Positions 28,443 to 34,987 of a DNA stretch of 34,987 nt are shown here, one piece after another. The DNA comes from Gonapodya sp. JEL0774 (taxonomy: Eukaryota). Below the pieces are notes generated by a model that saw only the letters and a list, made by a program, of their open reading frames with translations, did no database searches and was not told the DNA's origin. Every line of letters begins with the position of its first letter. The first letter of the stretch is position 1. The stretch covers positions 62,001 to 96,987 of the forward strand of contig JADIIX010000087.1 of assembly GCA_027604505.1 (NCBI GenBank). Reading direction: 5' to 3'. A program made the translations under genes and the position numbers.

Positions 28443-29351
28443 ATGTTTTCGCAAGGGTTCAGCGGCAACAAATCAAAGGAAGAGACTAGAACTCTTCCCC
28501 CGCGGGAAATCGATGACGATGGCGAGAAGTCCGTTGCGATACAGGATTCTCCGGAACGTGCTGCACTCGGTGAACATTCGAAAGGAACACTGGAAAGCGA
28601 AGTTACTAAACGTAAACTAAACACGGAATCGACTGCAGAGCTGAGCACAGAGGCAAATCCGGGGAGCGATCAAGACTTGATTGCTCAAAGTGGAGGCCAG
28701 AATGATGTCGTAGATGCGATTGAGGCGCAGGAAGAGGTGGACCAACTTCTACATAATATCGATCAGACGATGGTTGAGATGGGGCTGGTGAGCTGAAACA
28801 CACTTGTTCCTGGTGGTACTCTGGTTTCTCAAGCTATGTACATTGAAGCTGGATGATGACGGGAATCCAATTCGTCACAATGGTGATGCAGCTCCAAATC
28901 CCGAACAGCACCCACCCCCGATACCTTTAAAAGTGGAGTTACCAACACCTCCAGTGCTTTTGAAACCGAACCCTTGTCCTATCCCCCCATCAAACGATGA
29001 TCCCGCCGATCGGGATTCCACCTCTACCGATATTTACCCTCCGCACGTTCGAGCGGCGATAGAAAGAGCGAAGAGGTCAAAGGAGGAGCGCGAAGCGAGA
29101 GAAAGCGCGGGAGGTTCTGCTCTGGACGGCGGTGTATTTACCCACATGACCGAGGTGAATTGAAACCCCCTGATGCAACTCTATTGTTATATTCTGACAT
29201 GACTTGACAGGCAGCAAGCGAGAGAGGAGAACGACTTGGTGTGCTGGACGAGAAAACCAATGAGCTAGCTGAAAATTCCCGTGCTTTTCTGCAGCAGATA
29301 CGAGAATACAATCGACAGCAGAAGGCGAAAAAATGGTGGCAGTTGTTTTAG
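28443..29351 (+). CDS. About 263-aa disordered protein ending in a tomosyn-type R-SNARE motif, no TM segment
   Basis: Exons 28443-28787, 28849-29154 and 29211-29351; C-terminus AASERGERLGVLDEKTNELAENSRAFLQQIREYNRQQKAKKWWQLF. Confidence 0.75.
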
Positions 29352-29481
29352 GAATTAGATTGGGAGTAATTTATATTTATGCATGGATATCAGTCTTAAA
29401 GTTTGCATGCCACCTCCTTCGCATGATGTGGATGTGATGTTGAAACCGCAGGCGTCGAATAACAACTGGACGTGAACATTG

Positions 29482-32400
29482 ATGGATGCAAGCACTAGTA
29501 GTAAGGGAAAGTTGCTGTTTGCCGTTGGGATCGCATATCTGAATCGTTTGAGAATCTAACAAGGTGGACAGGAAGATGAAACATTGTTTTCAGTGCTATG
29601 GACCAGTCATAAGCACCAAAAGTCAAAGATCTGGAAAGATGGATTCCTCAAGGTGCGCTGGTGTCGTTGTGGCGTGTCTTCCGGGGAGAGTGGTGACCGT
29701 GAACACTGATTTCCATCGTGATTTGGGGCAGTATGCGGCCAAATTCAGAAGTGCCACACTTTACGACGAAAAGCGAGCTCAGATGGAGAAGTGAGTGGAG
29801 GGATGCTTTTCGAACCGTTTGCTTCGATGGTTTGAATGCTATCATTGCTACAGAATATTTATCAACACTTCAGAGATCTCTCTGGGAAATGAGTTGGAGT
29901 TTCCATGCTATCTAGTTCAGATTGAAACCCTCGCAAATGCCAATCAATCCTGGACTTCGTCTGAGCCCACCGTACTCGCCAAGCGAACATCACGAACTTC
30001 GCAGCCTACACTACCCGTCAATCCAAAAACCGGAGGGTCGCTCTTAACTAGGGTATGCTCGCTGCTGTTGCTCTGAGAGAACTTTTGTTGTTTGCTCAAT
30101 TTTGTTGTTCCACACCAAGAACGATTGTAAGGTTCCATCGAATCTTCGAGTTGGCATGCGTAAGCCGAAACGCGCCCTAGTCCTACCGTTGAGTAGCACT
30201 GCAATGGCGTCTCAAGCATCACCGCACGCACCTCCCGATGTTCAAGCTTGGGACCGTGATGAAGTGGTACGGGATCGGCGACCAGAAGACAAATATTCAT
30301 CGCGGAGAACAGCCCCCGCGCAACAGCACGTGGAAGTCCGGAGCGCTGTAGAAGGATCGGGTCATGGACACTCTTCAGTTAGCGGAGTCAATGAGCCTCA
30401 CCCACCAAACCCGCTCTCATACCACCCAGCTCCACAGCCGACTCCTCTCTTCCCTCATCAGAGACCACCATATTCGGGTAGAGAAACGGGACAATCTCGA
30501 GACTTTCTGGACACGGCGGATAGTCGAACTGATGATGCAGGCTCCGCTGGTGGATCTCTCACTCCCCCACCACCAAAAGCCAAGCTCTTTTCGGCTTGGC
30601 AGGACGAAACCAGTCCATCTTCACCACCTGGAGATGTTCGTAAAATGGAGAATATTGACCTTGATCATTCTCCCACACGACGAGATTGTTCGCAACGCCG
30701 CATGGAATGCGCGATTCCGGAGGCCTTCCAACTGTTCGACCAGTCCTCAAACACCAACCTTGATAACCTTGATGACCTTCGCTCTTCTTTGGAGATGGGA
30801 AAGAACCTGTTTAAAGCCGCCGTAATAACACAACCGCCAATCCTTCCAGCAAAGCCTTCCTTGGTGCGGTTGGCGAACTTCTTCGCTCCAAAACCTTCCA
30901 TTTCAAATCCACCCGCGATTGCGCAACCGTCTTCGCACTCGCATTCAGTGCGAACAGGTGCTCAAGCAATGAAGAGGCCTCTTGAATCAGCCTTTTCCAC
31001 GTTGAATGTGAGTATTCCCTATTTTGACTCTTTCAGAAGCTCCCTCGATGCAATACGCTCTGTGACAGTCACCGGACAAGAGGCAGCGGCAATCTAGAAT
31101 CAGTTCTGAAGATAAAGACCATTCGACGGTGTATTCCTCGGGAGAAGACGCTCAATCGCAGCGTACTGAACTGGTTCCTGGAAATCATAAGTCAGTTGGC
31201 AGATTCAGTTTCCACAAACCTATTGCGTAGTTGTAATGGTGACTACTAAGCGGCGCAATATGTTGCATTTTTCTAATAGACCTCCTGGCGCCGTCAGACT
31301 CAAGGTGGCTTTTGTCGCAGATCAACTTCGCTTTCCTGATGCCGTGGAAAGCGGCAAAACTAGAGGGAAACGGCTTCAAAGAAGTGCTATCATTCCGTCG
31401 ACTTTTGTAAGTGTGCTTGAACAAGCATCACACACTTCTTGTTGTCCCAACACAGCCCAAACCCTCTCAGATGGGCGTCCATGAGTACCAGACGGTGTTC
31501 ACCCGTGCTGTTAATGAAAGCTTACAAGTGCAGCTGTCGAGCCTCGCAACCCAGTACTATGCAGCAATGGCAAGAAAGTACGTGAAAAGAATCGAAATCA
31601 GGTCTTTCCGTTCTCATCACATTCAATAAGGCTCAACTCGTCGCACGCGACGAGTGTTGATCGATATTTCGGAGCTTGCGGCGTTCCCTTGTATTCGAAC
31701 TCTATGTTGACGTAAGTTTCAGGATCGATGAGAAATATGTATATCGAACTGAATTGGTTCTCAGGGTCACACAGATTGGTGATAAAAATCTCAACGTGAT
31801 TCTCACGCTGCCCCGCAAAGAGCCTTCGTCCGCCTATTCGAAAGGTACCGGTTAACATCTGCTCGGACTTGTGGTCAAATCACTAAACCATGCGGATTAA
31901 TAATGTCCCAGGGGATATTTGGATCGTGTCCCGTGATGATTCTTTCCGGACTTCTTTTCTGGCCACGTCAAACTTCTTTGGACCAACCACGAATCTCACT
32001 GTCGAACTTATTCCTATCAGTGATAGCGATAAACGGATAGCAAAACAGTTATCAGGCAATGTGTTGGCAATCCGCGGCCCTAATGCCAGTACCGAACAAC
32101 TTGTGATCGAGAACCTCGCAACCAATTTATCAAAGCTGCCAATGATGCCCTTACTATTGAACTACAAGGGAGATCGTCAAAAATCTGCCAATGGAAGTCT
32201 AGCGGGACTTCAGGTTCCAATTCGGAAGGCGCTGCTGAAGGTGGACGTATTGAGCAAATATCATGAACTGGTTGAATCTGTGATTGGCGAGTTCAAGTTG
32301 AATCAAGATCAGGGAAGGTATGTTTATAATTTCGTGGTCCCAAAATGTTCCCCCAATGATTTTGCCTTCACGGATAGGGTGGTTCGGGACTTCGCGAACT

Positions 32401-34070
32401 CAGTAATGGCTCCAAATTCCAATTCAATCCTTCTGGTCCATGGGGTCTTCGGGGGAGGGAAGAGGTGAGTCCCACGACTGAGGACCACAGAGATACATTA
32501 AATGCATTCAATTCACCCGTCATTCATATTGTAGTTTTCTTATTGCGGTCATCTGCCTGTTGTTCTCTAGGGTTCTCGATGAGAATCTGGTAGCGGATCC
32601 AGAGCGTTTCAAAATCCAACTGTCATCGCACACAAACGTCGCTGTGGATAATGTTCTTCTCAATCTTTTGGAACTCGGATTCAAGTCGTTCGTCCGAGTT
32701 GGGAGTCGGAAGAAAATGGCACGGAAAGTACTCCCATATTCTTGTGGGCAATCTGCAAACTCTCAAGAAGAAGTCCGAGAGCTTAGTGCGATGCTCCAAG
32801 AAGAACTGTCAGAAGAGGAGCGGGCAGATATCCAGCTCACGGTAGGCCTTTCATCACGTGCTCGTATTTTGCATGTCTCACAAAACATACCTAGTAGATT
32901 GAACGTCTCAGGTCAACCACATCGGAAGCATCTTTGAAGACTGCTCTGGTGATTGCGACTACCTGCATTTCTTCCTCAAGCGAATTGCTGGAAGGTGTGA
33001 AGACCCCTATTGTGATATTAGATGGTGGGTAAAAATATCACACGATCTTATATTCAGTTACCTTATTCATGAGTGAGCAGAGTGCTCCCAAATTACGGAA
33101 CCACTGTCGTTGCTTCCCATGGCTCGCTTTGGTGCGGAGTCGGCACTCCTCGTGGGCGATCCTCTACAGTTGCCGCCCCAGCTGGATGCATCTCCGGTGG
33201 ATCCAACTCATAGCTTGGACCGAACACTCTTTGAAAGACTGGCAGAAATTGGGGCCCCAATGGTTCTTTTGCGCACCCAGTATCGATGCCATCCAGCAAT
33301 CGCAAAGATCAGCAATGTTTTGTTTTATGGCTCGCGTTTGCGAGATGGTGTGACCGTGCAGGACAGGGCTCCACTGATACTTGGGCTACCCCCACTTTGC
33401 TTTGTTGACTGTAATGGTTCCGAGAAGAATCAGCGGCAGAGCTTTGTAAATGAGGACGAGGCAGAAGTGGTCGGTAAGTCACGTCATCAATGCGATTGTA
33501 ACATTGATCGTTTTTTGAGATGGAACTTTCTTTAGTTCGCACGGCAGTACTACTGAAAGAACAAGGTATCGCTGATGAAGACATTGGAGTCGTTTGCCTG
33601 TGTAAGCATGGAGACACGCCATCTCTTTTTAATTGCTGAGTTCTTTCCTTTCTCAGACAAAGCGCAAGCAGATCTCATTGAGGGCAAACTCAATCCTTCA
33701 GCTGCCCATCGGAAAGGTGCGATTCAAGTTTCCACGGTGGATGCGTAAGTGAAAGCACTGTGCTGATTCGGAGACGCAAGTCACGCTGAACCGTCCAATA
33801 TACACGCAACACAGCTTTCAGGGTGCCGAGAAAGAAATCATTCTTCTGAGCACGGTCCGCACCCAATCTGTTGGATTTATTGATTCTCCTAGACGCCTCA
33901 ATGTCGCAATCACGCGTGCCAAGCGGCATCTGATTCTATTGGGCAACTCGCGTCTTCTCAAGCGAAGTGGCTTGATCAATACAATTCTCTCGGATCATTT
34001 TGCCGCGATGAGATCGCAGGGAGGTGTGACTACGCCGAACGAGTTCTATCAGATGCTGTCCGGGAACTGA
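29482..34070 (+). CDS. ZGRF1: ZGRF1-like protein: N-terminal DUF2439 plus C-terminal SF1 (Upf1/DNA2-like) helicase
   Basis: [40 protein letters not shown]; helicase motifs [67 protein letters not shown]. Confidence 0.88.
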
Positions 34071-34395
34071 GAATTGTTGAAAACAATTGGGCACTTGCAC
34101 CGTACTGTCATCACTCGCATATTTGCATTGATACCCATTTTCTTTTTCTTTATATGTCCAAGGAGAGTTGTCAATGATGAGAGGCTTTGATCAACACATA
34201 TTTGATCCATATATAATCATTTGTACAATGGAAGCATCATCTACGGATATCCCAATTATGCAACAAATCCAATATAGAACCTTGCTGTTCTACCCCCGTA
34301 CTTCAGGAATCACTCTTATGATCTAAACCTCGAGCAGACGGCATTTATTCGACCTCCAACATGGTCTGCTAAAGCACAGCTTATCTAACAAGTTG

Positions 34396-34987
34396 CTAGA
34401 ACTCTCGCCTCGGCAATGTTCTCACGTCAAATTGATAAGCTCCATCCACATCTAGCTCAGCTGGCACCGTGAACGTTCCAGTGGATCCTTTGCGTCCGGC
34501 AGCTGCGAGGTCGCACACAAGCTGTGTTGGAGTGCGCAGAACAGAGCGAGGGGTGGGTTCAAGGTGAGCCTGCGCGGCGGGTGTAAGAGTGATTGGAGTC
34601 GGCTGAAGAGTGGGATTGGAAAGGCGTTATCAAGTTAGTTGAAGCTCTCACCTCTAACGCCATCGGGTGGACAGCCTCTGGAGCTCCAGTACTGGTCGTT
34701 GCTTGAATTCCAGGACTCATGAATGCGTGAGCTCCTGGGCTCATAGTCGTAGCTCCTGTGATCCGGGCTTCCTGTGGGGCTGACGGCCTGACTTGCAGAA
34801 GCTTGATGATGGTCTTTCGCTTGCCTCCCGCGATCTTGATCGGCACCGGAGCGACAGTGGTGATCGCTCCAGATGACGGAGACCCTGAGTTGTTGCCAGG
34901 AACAGGTGACGGCGAGTCGGGATCTTTGAGCGTGAGAACAGCGAGCGCGGACGAAGGCGTTGCAGGGGTGGCTGGAATCTCTGGAAC
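34396..34987 (-). CDS. 3' end of an unidentified Pro/Ser/Thr-rich protein (5' end outside window)
   Basis: Open frame from the window edge; removing GT-AG intron 34570-34651 extends it by 57 codons to TAG at 34396-34398; no recognisable domain. Confidence 0.55.

Overview
Gene-dense, intron-rich eukaryotic DNA. The gene content (an animal-like full-length ZGRF1, a tomosyn-type SNARE tail, mostly 50-90 nt GT-AG introns) suggests an early-diverging, chytrid-like fungus; this is inference. I could splice 14 protein-coding genes by hand, in order: SPF1 P5A-ATPase (5' partial), GPI10/PIGB, a PIG-Y-family gene, HAS1 DEAD-box helicase, ubiquitin-eS31 (RPS31), YAE1, an HMG-box protein, SNF1/AMPK-alpha, a PDK1/PKH kinase, SMC2, a SYN8-like Qc-SNARE, the MTM1/SLC25A39 carrier, a stand-alone tomosyn-like R-SNARE protein and a ZGRF1-like helicase. 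The 3' end of an unidentified gene closes the window. No tRNA, rRNA, CRISPR array or intact transposon was found. The best candidate for an undescribed system is the 294-nt HAS1 intron 4. It folds into about six stems, one of which base-pairs over its own 5' splice site, and it carries an internal TAG|GTATGC junction that would give either a stop-containing isoform or recursive splicing. This looks like an RNA-structure splicing switch in an RNA helicase gene. Exon boundaries were derived by eye and need RNA-seq confirmation.
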